In this document: in pieces, positions 11,003 to 20,984 of the stretch
Numbering within the stretch: the stretch's first letter is position 1
How the letters are laid out: every line of letters begins with the position of its first letter
From: Gemmatimonadales bacterium
Lineage (GTDB): Bacteria > Gemmatimonadota > Gemmatimonadetes > Gemmatimonadales > GWC2-71-9
Length of the DNA: 64,000 nucleotides
Reading direction: 5' to 3'
NCBI GenBank assembly: GCA_965249575.1
Contig: OZ252244.1
Coordinates: forward strand, 1,536,001 to 1,600,000
Position numbers and translations under genes: made by a program
The notes under the pieces: model-generated
Seen by the model: only the letters and a program-made list of their open reading frames with translations
The model's database searches: none
Told to the model about the DNA's origin: nothing

Positions 11003-11136
11003 TTCGTGGTGCACCAGCAGTGGGGCGTAGGCAAGCCCGATTTGATTCCTAGAGGCCGCTTCCAGCACCCAGGCCGCACCATTGTAACGTAATCGCTCAC
11101 AACGCGTTGACATCGCGTTGACCGGGACTGCATTCT

Positions 11137-12400
11137 TTGCTTAGCGTCGAGAACACGGCGGGACGCGTGGCTGACACATTTCATCTCAAGATCTTCGGCA
11201 CACCCGAGCTGCGGGATCCGGCGGGGCAGGCCGTCCGACTCCGGACCAGGAAACAGCTTGCCCTCCTCGCTTATCTCGCATTGGGGTCACGGAGCCGAGG
11301 GGCCGACCGGGACGAGCTCGTTCAGTTGTTATGGTCGGGTGGCGACCTACGGCGGGGGCGCCATTCTCTCTCTCAGGCACTCACGGCGATACGAGGCGTG
11401 CTCGGCGCGGGCTCCGTCCGCTCGTCCCACTCCACGGTTAAGTTGACCGCGCCCCTCACCACCGACCTCGACTTGGCGGGGCTCGAGGGGAGCGGCGACC
11501 TCGATCTCACCCGTCCCCTTGATGGGCTTCGACGATTGCGCGGGGCTCGGCTTTTCCCATTGGCTCGAGGGCATAAGGGTCCGGTGCCGCCGCGTCGCCC
11601 GAGAGGCATTGTTGGGAGCCATGCACCGTTCCCGAGCTGCCGGGGATTTCACGCGCGTACACGAGACCGCCGAGGTGCTCTACGCAGTCGACCCGTTGTC
11701 AGACGCCGCCGCTCACGCCCTCGCCGAACGCGCGCTAGCGCGCGGCGACGAGATTGAAGCTATCCGCATCATCAGGACTTGCCTTTCGAGAACGAAGGAC
11801 GAGTTGGGCGTGCCAGGACCGGCTGGCCTGCGAAGCCTATTGCATCGGATCGAAGCGGTCGGTCGGCGAGTAGCCGCTTTCTCCGCGGACGCGGTCGATT
11901 CCGGGAAGAACGAAACCACCGGAGATTTGCTTGGTCGCTGCACTGAGCTGGCGGCGATGGAATCCTTATGGCACAGTGCGGCGCCGGGGACGCTAGCGAC
12001 CTGTCTGGTTCGAGGCCCGGCGGGAATCGGCAAGAGTTCCCTCCTCCGCGCGTTCGCCGCATCGATCACGGCCCGTGGAGCTCCCGTCCTGATCGTGAAT
12101 TGCCAAGAAATCGCTCAAGGGATTCCCTTCGCTGCGGTCGCTGGTCTCATCACCGAACTAGCACGGGAATCCGCCCTAGGCGGTACTGATCCGATCTGGC
12201 TTGCCGAAGCGAGTCGCGTGAATCCAGGACTTCGCTCGAGCTATCCCGGTATCCCGGATCCTTCAGACGGGCCGCTCGAGTCATCGCGCGTTCGGCTCGC
12301 GGAAGCGGTATTCCACATGCTCGTGGCCGTGAGCGACGGTGACCCGATGCTAGTGGGATTCGACGACGCACAGAACATCGATCCGGTCAGTGCTGATGTT
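11137..12400 (+). pseudogene. SARP/BTAD-type transcriptional regulator with AAA (STAND-like) ATPase; frameshift near 11525, truncated near 12400
   Basis: LKIFGTPEL, RKQLALLAYLAL, RDELVQLLW and SLSQAL (wHTH); DPLSDAA (BTAD); Walker A GPAGIGKS; Walker B-like VGFDDAQ, after which the sequence breaks off. Confidence 0.8.
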
Positions 12401-12786
12401 TTGCCCCACTCGGGATCCGCCAGCAACTTTCGGTATTCCCCGGCCACCAGCTCGTCGCCCAGGACGCCATGATAGACCTCGCGGAACCCCGCCCCGTAAC
12501 ACGCGTTGATGACCTGCTCGGGCGAATGGGGGTGAAAGTGTACCGCCGCCTCGACACTCAGGATGAGGATCGCATCACCAAGCTCCAACAGAGCGGTCGC
12601 GCGCTCCAGTTCGCCGCCGGCCGTGATGGCCTCATGGGGACACGCCGGGACGCACTCCCCGCACCGGATACACGCCTCGTCGACGATCCTGACGTTCGCC
12701 CCGTCTACCGCGACGGCCTGAGTCGGACAAACCCTGACGCAGGCCAGACAGGAGACACATTTGTCGGGATCGACAGAGAAATACAC
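12400..12786 (-). pseudogene. 2x[4Fe-4S] ferredoxin-domain protein resembling the N-terminus of FeFe-hydrogenase-like sensor proteins; 3' truncated
   Basis: CVSCLACVRVCP and CIRCGECVPACP, followed by GFREVYHGVLGDELVA. The ORF then runs antisense into the SARP gene after ...PEWGKT. Confidence 0.75.
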
Positions 12787-13047
12787 GTGTCAGCAACCCG
12801 CCGGCCGGAGAAGGAGGCACTTCATTGAAGAACGGAATCGGCAGAATCATGGGATTTGGACCACCCACTGTCAATGGGTCCCGGACCGCCGGACCTGCTT
12901 GCAGCACCGTGACTTATGGCCGCAGCGCGCCGTTCGGTTTGGAGCAAGAAGCCGGCTTGGGTGTATATTCCCGCAAGCAAAAGGCGAGCCTGCGGGACGG
13001 GGGCCGCCCCGCACTCATTCCCCAGAACGACCGCAAGAAACCACGCC

Positions 13048-13881
13048 ATGGGAAACACATTCAAGACCGCAGCCCTGCTGGGACTATTGAGCGGCCTCCT
13101 GCTGTTCATCGGGGGCTCAATCGGGGGCCAGCAGGGCCTCGTCATAGCCTCTATCTTCGCCCTGGCCATGAACTTCGGGTCCTACTGGTTCTCGGACAAG
13201 ATCGTCCTCAAGATGTACAAGGCGCAGGAGGTGGGGCCCGAGCAGCCACTCCACCAAATGGTTGAACGGCTCTCGCGGCGCGCGGGCCTCCCCACACCCA
13301 AGGTCTACGTCATACCGACTGAGGCGCCGAACGCCTTCGCGACCGGGCGAAACCCCGAGCACGCGGCGGTGGCGGCCACCGCCGGGATCATGCGGCTCCT
13401 GAGCCGGGAGGAGCTCGAAGGGGTGATCGCCCACGAGCTGGCCCACGTAAAAAATCGAGACATCCTGATCGCGTCTATCGCTGCGACGATCGCGGCAACT
13501 ATCATGATGCTCGCCTCTATCGCCCGCTGGGGGATGATCTTTGGGGGCCGTGGGGGTGGCGGACGGGACGGGGGGAACGCCATCGCGCTGCTCGCCACCG
13601 CCATTGTCGCGCCACTGGCGGCAATGATCATCCAGGCGGCAATCTCCAGGTCCCGTGAGTTTGCCGCCGACAGGGGAGGCTCGGACATCGCCGGTGGCCC
13701 CGATGGCCTGGCCCAGGCACTTCGAAAGATCGAGGCGGCGGCGAAACGCCACCCGCTCCCCGCAAACCCCGCCACCGCGCACCTGTTCATCGTGAAGCCG
13801 TTTTCGGGCGCGGGGCTGATGTCGCTTTTTAGTACCCACCCGCCCACCGAGGAGCGGGTGGCGAGGCTGCTCGGAGGGTAG
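13048..13881 (+). CDS. htpX: Zinc metalloprotease HtpX
   Basis: NTFKTAALL, PNAFATGRNP, HELAH zinc motif, ISRSREFAAD and FSTHPP. Confidence 0.95.
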   Translation: MGNTFKTAALLGLLSGLLLFIGGSIGGQQGLVIASIFALAMNFGSYWFSDKIVLKMYKAQEVGPEQPLHQMVERLSRRAGLPTPKVYVIPTEAPNAFATGRNPEHAAVAATAGIMRLLSREELEGVIAHELAHVKNRDILIASIAATIAATIMMLASIARWGMIFGGRGGGGRDGGNAIALLATAIVAPLAAMIIQAAISRSREFAADRGGSDIAGGPDGLAQALRKIEAAAKRHPLPANPATAHLFIVKPFSGAGLMSLFSTHPPTEERVARLLGG

Positions 13882-13907
13882 GGTCGCTGGCCCAGATGAA
13901 CTGGAAT

Positions 13908-13941
13908 GGCGCCCGGGCTACATCCTGGGCGCCTCTTTGTT
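13908..13941 (+). terminator. Probable intrinsic terminator of htpX
   Basis: GGCGCCCGGG-ctacat-CCTGGGCGCC hairpin followed by TCTTTGTT. Confidence 0.55.
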
Positions 13942-14267
13942 GCGCAAGCGCCGCAGTACTGCGCCGATTTCGGCGCCGCGGCTGTTACTCCATTCCGCAA
14001 ACGAAGCGAGATGATTGCGCCCCTTGAGCGGGCAATCGCTCAGTCAGGATGTCCGAACCCGCGGTGTTCAACTCGAAAAGGGTGGGGCTGGGCGGCATGA
14101 CAAGGGCTCCGAATGTTTGGAGGCCCTGGCTTCTGCTTCCCCACTGGCCTGGAGCGGCGACGCGTACGAATTCAAATGCGCATTTCCAGGGGGAGGGCGG
14201 ATGCGGGTTACCCGGCAACAGTTGTTCTGCGCCGTGACGGTGCGCAGAGGCTTCCCTGCCCGAGGGC

Positions 14268-14308
14268 AAAAAAAGGGGGAGCGGGCGAGACACCCGCGCC
14301 CCCCCCTT
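14268..14308 (-). terminator. Intrinsic terminator of the spondin gene
   Basis: GC-rich hairpin followed by a T7 tract on the minus strand, just after stop 14321. Confidence 0.75.
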
Positions 14309-14320
14309 GAAAAGGTCCGG

Positions 14321-15712
14321 CTACTGTATGCGCTGCACCGCTACCTTGGCGACCGGGTCGTTCCAGCCGTGATCGTCGGGGAACAGATCTCCTACGCCGT
14401 GGATTCCTCGATGGGGCCTGACGACGCCTTGGGTGGGTGTCCGGTTGTTCTCCCCGTCGGGCGCCGCCGCCACCGGCCCGATGCCGCCGCACGGATCGAC
14501 GATGCTGGTGAACAGCTCATCGTTGAGCTCGGTTCCCGAGTCATAGGAGCGGGCCGAGTACGTCCTCGGCTCCCACCCGACAGGCAGCCAGACGCCGGGG
14601 AGACCCGCGAAGCCGTCGTTCGTGCAGATCAGCATGACCGACAAGGACAGGAAGTTGGCCCTCCCAAGCGCGGCCACCTCGACCGAAAGGGTGTTGGGAC
14701 CTGGGCCGCCTATCCGGTGAATGGGAGCGGCCGTGCCGACGACGTCGTGCACTCCCCGGGCGCCTGAAAACTCGCTTTCGGCAACTGAAGGGTCTCCGTT
14801 CTCCGCGATCAGGCGAACGCCTTCGGACGCCGCGTGCCCGACACGAAACAACCGCTGCCGCGCGACGTGTGTCGCGACCACACCGGGAGAGAAAGGCTGC
14901 GAGCTGGTCAGATTCTCGATGCTGACGCGATAGATCCGCTCCATCGGGATACGCCGGATCGCGATTTTGGCGGCTGGTCCGACCCAGCCGTGGTCGTCGG
15001 GGAAGAGGTCTCCGCCACCACGAATCCCGCGGTGCATTCTGACGACCTCATCCGGCGTGGCCGTCCGGTCGTTCAGGCCGTCCGCCGGGGCGGCCACCGG
15101 CCCGATGGCACCACAGGGATCGACGATGCTGGTGAACAATTCGTCGTTGAGCTCGGTGCCCGCATCGTACGCATGTCCGCGCCGCATGATCGTCCGGAAT
15201 CCCTGCGGCAGCCGGACATTGTTCAAGCCCACGAACCCGTCGTTGGTGCAGATGAGCATGACCGCGAGCGACAGGTGCGTGGCGCCAGGGCTCGCGCCGA
15301 TCTTGACGGTGAGCGAGCTCGGGCCGGGCCCGCCGACGCGATGGACCGGCGCCGCGGTGGCGACGACTTCGTGCACTCCGGGCGCTCCGCTCAGGTCCGC
15401 TTCGGCAACCGATGGGTCGCCATTCTCAGCGATGAGGCGAATGCCCTCGGACGCGGGGTCCCCGCGCTTGAACAGCGTGTGCCCCCTCGCGTGTGTTACG
15501 ACGACACCCGGAGAAAACGGCTGGCCCGTCGTGAGGTTTTCGATCGTCACCTCGTACATGGTGACGGCGCCGGGGGGCGCGTGTGCGACGCCCCCACCCA
15601 CCGAGAAGTCCGGCGTGGCGGTCGCATCCGGTTGCGTGATGTCGGAGCGCTCTGCGCAGCCCGCTAGGCCGAGCACCACGATCAGTGAAAGACTCGACAA
15701 CCTCTTCATCAT
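14321..15712 (-). CDS. Lipoprotein with two tandem Spondin_N-like domains
   Basis: MMKRL...LAGC lipobox and RBS GAGGAGG. Two copies of Y.V.IENLT..QPFSPGVV.TH...IAENGDP...MLICTNDGF.G...YD.GTELNDE. Confidence 0.88.
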   Translation of the reverse strand: MMKRLSSLSLIVVLGLAGCAERSDITQPDATATPDFSVGGGVAHAPPGAVTMYEVTIENLTTGQPFSPGVVVTHARGHTLFKRGDPASEGIRLIAENGDPSVAEADLSGAPGVHEVVATAAPVHRVGGPGPSSLTVKIGASPGATHLSLAVMLICTNDGFVGLNNVRLPQGFRTIMRRGHAYDAGTELNDELFTSIVDPCGAIGPVAAPADGLNDRTATPDEVVRMHRGIRGGGDLFPDDHGWVGPAAKIAIRRIPMERIYRVSIENLTSSQPFSPGVVATHVARQRLFRVGHAASEGVRLIAENGDPSVAESEFSGARGVHDVVGTAAPIHRIGGPGPNTLSVEVAALGRANFLSLSVMLICTNDGFAGLPGVWLPVGWEPRTYSARSYDSGTELNDELFTSIVDPCGGIGPVAAAPDGENNRTPTQGVVRPHRGIHGVGDLFPDDHGWNDPVAKVAVQRIQ

Positions 15713-15875
15713 TTCCTCCTCAGGCGAATCGAATCGCCGGCGAGTGCCGACGTGCTCCGGCAACCTGGGCTCGCGACCCAGCGCTCGACAGAGGGGAGGA
15801 GGGAGTCTTAGAGGATTCTCACGGTTCTCTAATGAGTTGGCACGGCGGCACTAAGCGCGCGAATCGCGGTGGAGG

Positions 15876-16844
15876 CTACGGGATCAGCAGCACCTTGCCG
15901 GTCGTCTTGCGCCCCTTGAGAGCGCGGTGGGCCTCGCCGGCATGCGACAGCGGGAACTCGTGCTCGATCCGAAGCTCGAGCGAGCCATCGCGGACCCAGC
16001 CGAGCACTTCGTTCGCGCGCCCGAGCAGCTCGTCGCGCGACGCGATATACGCGAAGAGGCTGGGCCGCGTGACGAAGAGCGATCCCTTTGCGTTCAGGAC
16101 GTTCAAGTCGAAAGGCGGCACCGGCCCGCTCGACTGGCCGAACAGCACCATCATGCCGCGCCGGCGCAGACAATTGAGGCTTTTGTTGAAAGTCGCGGCG
16201 CCGACGCTGTCGTACACAACGCTCACACCCTCTCCCCCCGTGAGCCGTTTGACCTCCGCCTCGAAGTCCTGATCGGTGTACCGGATGGTGTGATCCGCCC
16301 CGGCTGCGCGGGCCAGGGCCGCCTTTTCGTCGGTGGACACCGTTCCGATGACGGTCGCGCCACGGCGCTTGGCGATCTGGCAGAACAGCAGGCCGACACC
16401 GCCCGCGGCCGCGTGGATGAGACAGACGTCATTCGCATTGAGCGGGTGTGTCGAGACGGTGAGGTAATGCGCCGTCATGCCCTGGAGCATCGCGGCCGCC
16501 GCGTCTCGAGTGGAGAGACCATCGGGAATCCGGACCACGCGGTCGGCCGGCACGGCGTGCCGCTCCGCGTAGGCACCTCGAATCCCCGTATAGACCACGC
16601 GGTCGCCGGGAGCCACTCCCAATACATCAGGCCCCACGGCCATCACCGTGCCCGCGCCCTCAAGCCCCAGAGTAAATGGCGTGTCGGCCCGGTAAAGCCC
16701 GGAGCGGAAGTAGATGTCGATGAAATTGACGCCGATCGATTCCAACTCGACCACGACGTGACCCGGTGAGGCGTCTGGATCGGGGACATCGTCGACGCGC
16801 ATGGCGTCGATCCCGCCCGGTGAGTGTACCCTGACGGCTTTCAA
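15876..16844 (-). CDS. qor: NADPH:quinone oxidoreductase (zeta-crystallin/MDR family)
   Basis: IGVNFIDIYFRSGLY, LQGMTAHYL, HAAAGGVG, VVYDSVG and GRKTTGKVLL. Confidence 0.92.
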   Translation of the reverse strand: MKAVRVHSPGGIDAMRVDDVPDPDASPGHVVVELESIGVNFIDIYFRSGLYRADTPFTLGLEGAGTVMAVGPDVLGVAPGDRVVYTGIRGAYAERHAVPADRVVRIPDGLSTRDAAAAMLQGMTAHYLTVSTHPLNANDVCLIHAAAGGVGLLFCQIAKRRGATVIGTVSTDEKAALARAAGADHTIRYTDQDFEAEVKRLTGGEGVSVVYDSVGAATFNKSLNCLRRRGMMVLFGQSSGPVPPFDLNVLNAKGSLFVTRPSLFAYIASRDELLGRANEVLGWVRDGSLELRIEHEFPLSHAGEAHRALKGRKTTGKVLLIP

Positions 16845-16866
16845 GCGCGGCGCGCGACCCGCTCGA

Positions 16867-17079
16867 TCATCGCGAGAGCGAGTCCTCCATCGCCCGCCGG
16901 GCCTCGGCGGCATCCGTCACTCCGATGGCACCCCGCACGACCCCCGCTCCTGGCAGGGCGGACGCGCCTATCGCACTGTCTCGTTGCTGCTGTGTGACCG
17001 GGTCGCCAGCGCTCGTGTCGGCCGATTCCGACGAGCACGCTACCGCCGCGAGGAGTGCGATACATTGGACGATTCGCAT
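16867..17079 (-). CDS. Small hypothetical lipoprotein
   Basis: GGAGG RBS, LLAAVAC lipobox, 70 aa. Confidence 0.65.
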   Translation of the reverse strand: MRIVQCIALLAAVACSSESADTSAGDPVTQQQRDSAIGASALPGAGVVRGAIGVTDAAEARRAMEDSLSR

Positions 17080-17192
17080 GGTTCACCTCCGAGCACACCA
17101 AGATAAGGATTAGGGTCCCGACCCTACCGCTCCCGCCGTTGCTTACGAATCTGGTTCATATGACTTCCCCGAAGGGCGTGGACCCGGGTCGC

Positions 17193-19805
17193 TCAGGGCT
17201 GGGCGAACCCGCCTACCCAGATGGGGCTCGACCAGGCAACCCCGTCGTCGAGCTGAGTGACCCGCACGTAGTAATTGTCTCCTGGTAACGGCTCAGCCGA
17301 ATCGACGAACTCGAACTCGCGCTCCAGGGACGCGTTTTCCCGAATGCGGCGCAAGGACACCGTATCGCGGAACGGATCGTCGGGGAACACGCGGGACACG
17401 GTACCGCTCTCCAGATCCCGAAGCGCGAACGACGCCCGTCCCGGCAGGCTGATGAGGTGCCGGGGCTCGGCGTAGGCGATCCGAGCGTAGAACGCACGGA
17501 CAGCTTCCGGTGCCGCGTGCATTGTCAACTCGAGCGTCGCATCGGGGCGCACGTCCTTCAGCTCGAGGATGATCGATTTCTCCGAGCCACGCGTCATGAC
17601 GACGAAATCGAGCACTGAGCGATCGTCCTCCCGCACCGTGACCGACTGCAGCACCCGATTTTGAATCGACGGCGTCGAAAACGATCCTAGCTCGGCGCCC
17701 CGCAGCCGGAGGCTCCCCTCCCACCGGCGCCATCCGCGCGGCACGTCGAACACTCGCGGATCGGAGTCCGACCAAAAAACCACTTCGAACCGATCGGATG
17801 ACCCCGCCGGCGCCGTCAGGAGATCGCGAGTCTCAAGGTCCTGTCCGTTCTTCACGAGCGTGATCTTGTCTATGGGGGCCGTACCGATCACCCTGCCAGC
17901 CACACGACGGGTGGAGTCGAACTCCGCCCGCGTCCCCATGGGCGACCCGTTGAGATTGACGTCGAGGATCATTCGCTGTCCCGTCGTGCCGTAGGTCCTA
18001 CGGCCGCGGAGCGCGTCAAAGATGGCGTCTGAGGTCTTTTCCGGTGCCAGCACCGCCGCCAAGCCGCTCCGCTGCGTATAACCGTACAAGAAGGGCGCGG
18101 AGTAGCCAGGATGGCTGAAGTGATCATCCGACGCGGCGATGAACCCCACGCCACGACCCAACCCGAGATACCGCCGTCCGTACCATTCGAAGTTACCGTG
18201 GCCCGACATCACCTCCACCAGCCGCTCCATCTCCGAGTGGCTCGCCCGCCAGTCCCCGGGCTGATGCGCGTGCGGGATGATCAGCACGTCGTCGAGTTCG
18301 TTTTCTTCGGCCAGGCGTCGATAGAGCTCTGACTGAACGGGAGCCGTCTGCAGGGGCACGCGATCCCGGCCGTCGGGGGTTCGGAACAAGACGTTGTGAT
18401 GTCCCCCGCGGCGCCGGTTGACGGTCCACTCGTACCCCAGGAACGCGATGAACTCGCCCTCCGCGTGGTAGCGCCGGACGTTCTCCCGCAACGTTTCCCA
18501 CTCGCGGTCGTCCAGCCACACGTCGTGCTCCGAGTGGGTGATGAAATCGAGCCGCGATTCGTCCCGGCCGAATCGGTAGTATCCGTCCGGCGTCCCCAGC
18601 CCCTCGGCAAATCCGGAATGGCCGTGGGTATCGCCCCAGTAGACGTGCCACGCCGGGTCGGTGCGAACCCAGACGGGGTTGCTCTGGCCGGTAACGGCAC
18701 CGTCCGGTGATCGGAACGTGAACCGATAGACGCCCGGGTCGTCGAGCCGGATGCCTTCGATGGCCGTAATGGCGGAGTCACCGCTTGGAATCGTTCGAAA
18801 CGCCTCGCCGTTGAGTCGGACCTCGTAGGCTGGAATCGGACCGCTGGCCTTGTTGAGGTACCGGTCCTCGCTCCGCACCGACAGTGTGAAGGGAAGGCCC
18901 GCGTCTACGGTCGAAGGCGCGAAGCCGTGTACGGCGAAGACGCTCTGCCCCGCAACTTGGTACGTTTGTAGCGGCAGGGTGACGAAATTGTCCGAGCCGT
19001 CGAAGTCGACGTAGAGGGGCAGCGGCACCGCATCATTGCTGTAGTCCTGGATCCGCACGCCCTTCGAGCCGCTAGTCGTATCACCGTAGGTGATGGCTAT
19101 GGTGTCTCCCCCAACCAGCGGACTCCCAACCACACGAAACACCGGCGGCATCGTCCCCACCTCGGCCCGGCCATGCAATCCGTACCACATCAGGGTGTCA
19201 GGCTCCAGGGACGTACCGCCGCGCGAAATGTCGACGGACACGTATCCCTCTCCGTCCGGGCGGTGCGTCTGAAAGTTGGTCCCGTCAGGAAACGGGTAGC
19301 TCTGAAAATGGCGGCCGACGAGCAACCCACCACCGGGTTGGATGGGAATGTCACCGACGACGTAGGTGAGGTGTATGGTCTGATGGCTCCCCGCGACGCA
19401 CGGTGACGCGGCGTCGCTGGAGAGCGTGCCAAACGCCGACGGAGGGTTCTCGTCCCGGATGCGCAGCTCGTTGATGAGCATGTCAACCGTGGCCAACACG
19501 CGTGCGCCGACGGAATCGACATCGGGATTCAAGACCCCCGCCACGATGGCCGGCAGATCGGGATTCAATGGAGCACCCGTCATCGACAGCGCGTTGGACC
19601 ACTCCCACATGAGCCGCACACGCTCCTCGACGTTTTCCTGCGACGTGAGTTCCTGTGCCCATTCGGCCTTGAGTCGGTCCACCCCCACGCGCACGGGCGG
19701 CGACAAGTAGTCCGCGGCTCGCCCACCCGTCGACTCGCAGCCGGCCATGGCAACGCACGCTAGCAACGCGACCGGCGTGCGCACGCCGAGTCCTCTAGCC
19801 ACCAT
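17193..19805 (-). CDS. DUF3604 / PHP-like metallohydrolase lipoprotein
   Basis: Lipobox VAMAGC; YWGDTHGHSGF, DFITHSEHD, GYEWT, GHHNV, IPH, GFIAASDDH, RRTYGTTG and YYVRVTQ.D...AWSSPIW. ATGA overlap with the upstream gene. Confidence 0.85.
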   Translation of the reverse strand: MVARGLGVRTPVALLACVAMAGCESTGGRAADYLSPPVRVGVDRLKAEWAQELTSQENVEERVRLMWEWSNALSMTGAPLNPDLPAIVAGVLNPDVDSVGARVLATVDMLINELRIRDENPPSAFGTLSSDAASPCVAGSHQTIHLTYVVGDIPIQPGGGLLVGRHFQSYPFPDGTNFQTHRPDGEGYVSVDISRGGTSLEPDTLMWYGLHGRAEVGTMPPVFRVVGSPLVGGDTIAITYGDTTSGSKGVRIQDYSNDAVPLPLYVDFDGSDNFVTLPLQTYQVAGQSVFAVHGFAPSTVDAGLPFTLSVRSEDRYLNKASGPIPAYEVRLNGEAFRTIPSGDSAITAIEGIRLDDPGVYRFTFRSPDGAVTGQSNPVWVRTDPAWHVYWGDTHGHSGFAEGLGTPDGYYRFGRDESRLDFITHSEHDVWLDDREWETLRENVRRYHAEGEFIAFLGYEWTVNRRRGGHHNVLFRTPDGRDRVPLQTAPVQSELYRRLAEENELDDVLIIPHAHQPGDWRASHSEMERLVEVMSGHGNFEWYGRRYLGLGRGVGFIAASDDHFSHPGYSAPFLYGYTQRSGLAAVLAPEKTSDAIFDALRGRRTYGTTGQRMILDVNLNGSPMGTRAEFDSTRRVAGRVIGTAPIDKITLVKNGQDLETRDLLTAPAGSSDRFEVVFWSDSDPRVFDVPRGWRRWEGSLRLRGAELGSFSTPSIQNRVLQSVTVREDDRSVLDFVVMTRGSEKSIILELKDVRPDATLELTMHAAPEAVRAFYARIAYAEPRHLISLPGRASFALRDLESGTVSRVFPDDPFRDTVSLRRIRENASLEREFEFVDSAEPLPGDNYYVRVTQLDDGVAWSSPIWVGGFAQP

Positions 19806-20956
19806 CACGAAACCTCCAATACGCGCTGTAGGGTCCACACAACGCCGACGAGCGCGATCCCGAGGGACGCGGGAACAACGAAGCCGATTCGATACCACTC
19901 CCGAGACCGGAACCAGGCGGTGCCGAGCAGCGCGAACGTGATCACCGCTACCTGGCCTCCCTCGACACCGAGATTGAATCCCGCCAGTGCGGGGACCGTC
20001 TGGGCCGCTGGAAGCCGGAGCTCACGCAGCACGTCCGCGAACCCGAGGCCGTGCAGGAGTCCGAAGCCGAACACGACCGCCGGCCGCCAGGCTCGGAGCC
20101 GGGAAGTCATGAGATTCTCCGCCGCAATGACAGCAATCGACAACGCGATGAGGGGCTCGACGACCGAGCCGGGAAGAGAGACCACGCCGTACACCGCAAG
20201 AACGAGAGTGACGGAGTGCGCGACCGTGAAGGCGCTGACTTGCCATAGCAGCGGCTTGAGCCGGGTGCTGAGCAGGAAGAGCCCCAACACGAACAGGATG
20301 TGATCGAGTCCTCGCGGCAGGATGTGTTCGAACCCAAGCGAGGCGTAGTGCATGAGAATACCGGCGGAAGACGGCCCACCCCCCTCATCGCTACTCGAGC
20401 CGGCGGCCATTGGCACCGGTAGGCTGGCCAGCCCCGGGCCGACGAGTTGGGTAGCCACAACCGAATCGTCCCTGGCGGCGGTTATCAGGACCGGTCCGAT
20501 TTGGTAAGGGAAAGCGGTGATCACGTGTCGCGCACCGGCTGGCGCCCGGCCTCGGATCACCACGGGCGGCGCCCGCTCCGGAGCCGTTGACAGGCCGTCC
20601 CGCCGAATCCACCGCTCGTCGGGGAAGGCTACCGAGAGCCGCTGCGCGGCGGCGCCATCGACCCGAATGTCGAGTCGGTCGATGAAATGCTCACGTGCAT
20701 GCGCGACTAGCCTCCGCAGCTCACCGTCCGACATGGAGCGAAGGCGCACCCAGTCGTCGAGCGACAGATGCGCTGGCTCGGCTTCCAGTACATAGGCGGC
20801 GACGTGAAACGATACCGTGATCTCGAAGGGGCCGTCATCGTGGAATACCAGTCCCGCGACGGCGTACTCCAGATCGTGCCCAGTCGCACCTGCAAGCCCG
20901 GTTCTCGGTAAGGCGAGCGCCACAGCCAACAGCACGACGATGCAGCCGAACCTCAT
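19805..20956 (-). CDS. HupE/UreJ family membrane protein with N-terminal periplasmic domain
   Basis: LGFEHILPRGLDHILFVLGL, FTVAHSVTL, VEPLIALSI, FGLLHGLGFA and FNLGVEGGQ. Confidence 0.9.
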   Translation of the reverse strand: MRFGCIVVLLAVALALPRTGLAGATGHDLEYAVAGLVFHDDGPFEITVSFHVAAYVLEAEPAHLSLDDWVRLRSMSDGELRRLVAHAREHFIDRLDIRVDGAAAQRLSVAFPDERWIRRDGLSTAPERAPPVVIRGRAPAGARHVITAFPYQIGPVLITAARDDSVVATQLVGPGLASLPVPMAAGSSSDEGGGPSSAGILMHYASLGFEHILPRGLDHILFVLGLFLLSTRLKPLLWQVSAFTVAHSVTLVLAVYGVVSLPGSVVEPLIALSIAVIAAENLMTSRLRAWRPAVVFGFGLLHGLGFADVLRELRLPAAQTVPALAGFNLGVEGGQVAVITFALLGTAWFRSREWYRIGFVVPASLGIALVGVVWTLQRVLEVS

Positions 20957-20984
20957 GGCACTCCCCGGATTGGGTGCTTCGCGA

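Noticed and set aside
14120..14262. Cobalamin riboswitch or SRP RNA resemblance on the minus strand (AGGGAA, CAACTGT, GGAAGCAG)
   Set aside because: The motifs are partial and wrongly spaced, and there is no downstream gene on that strand to regulate.
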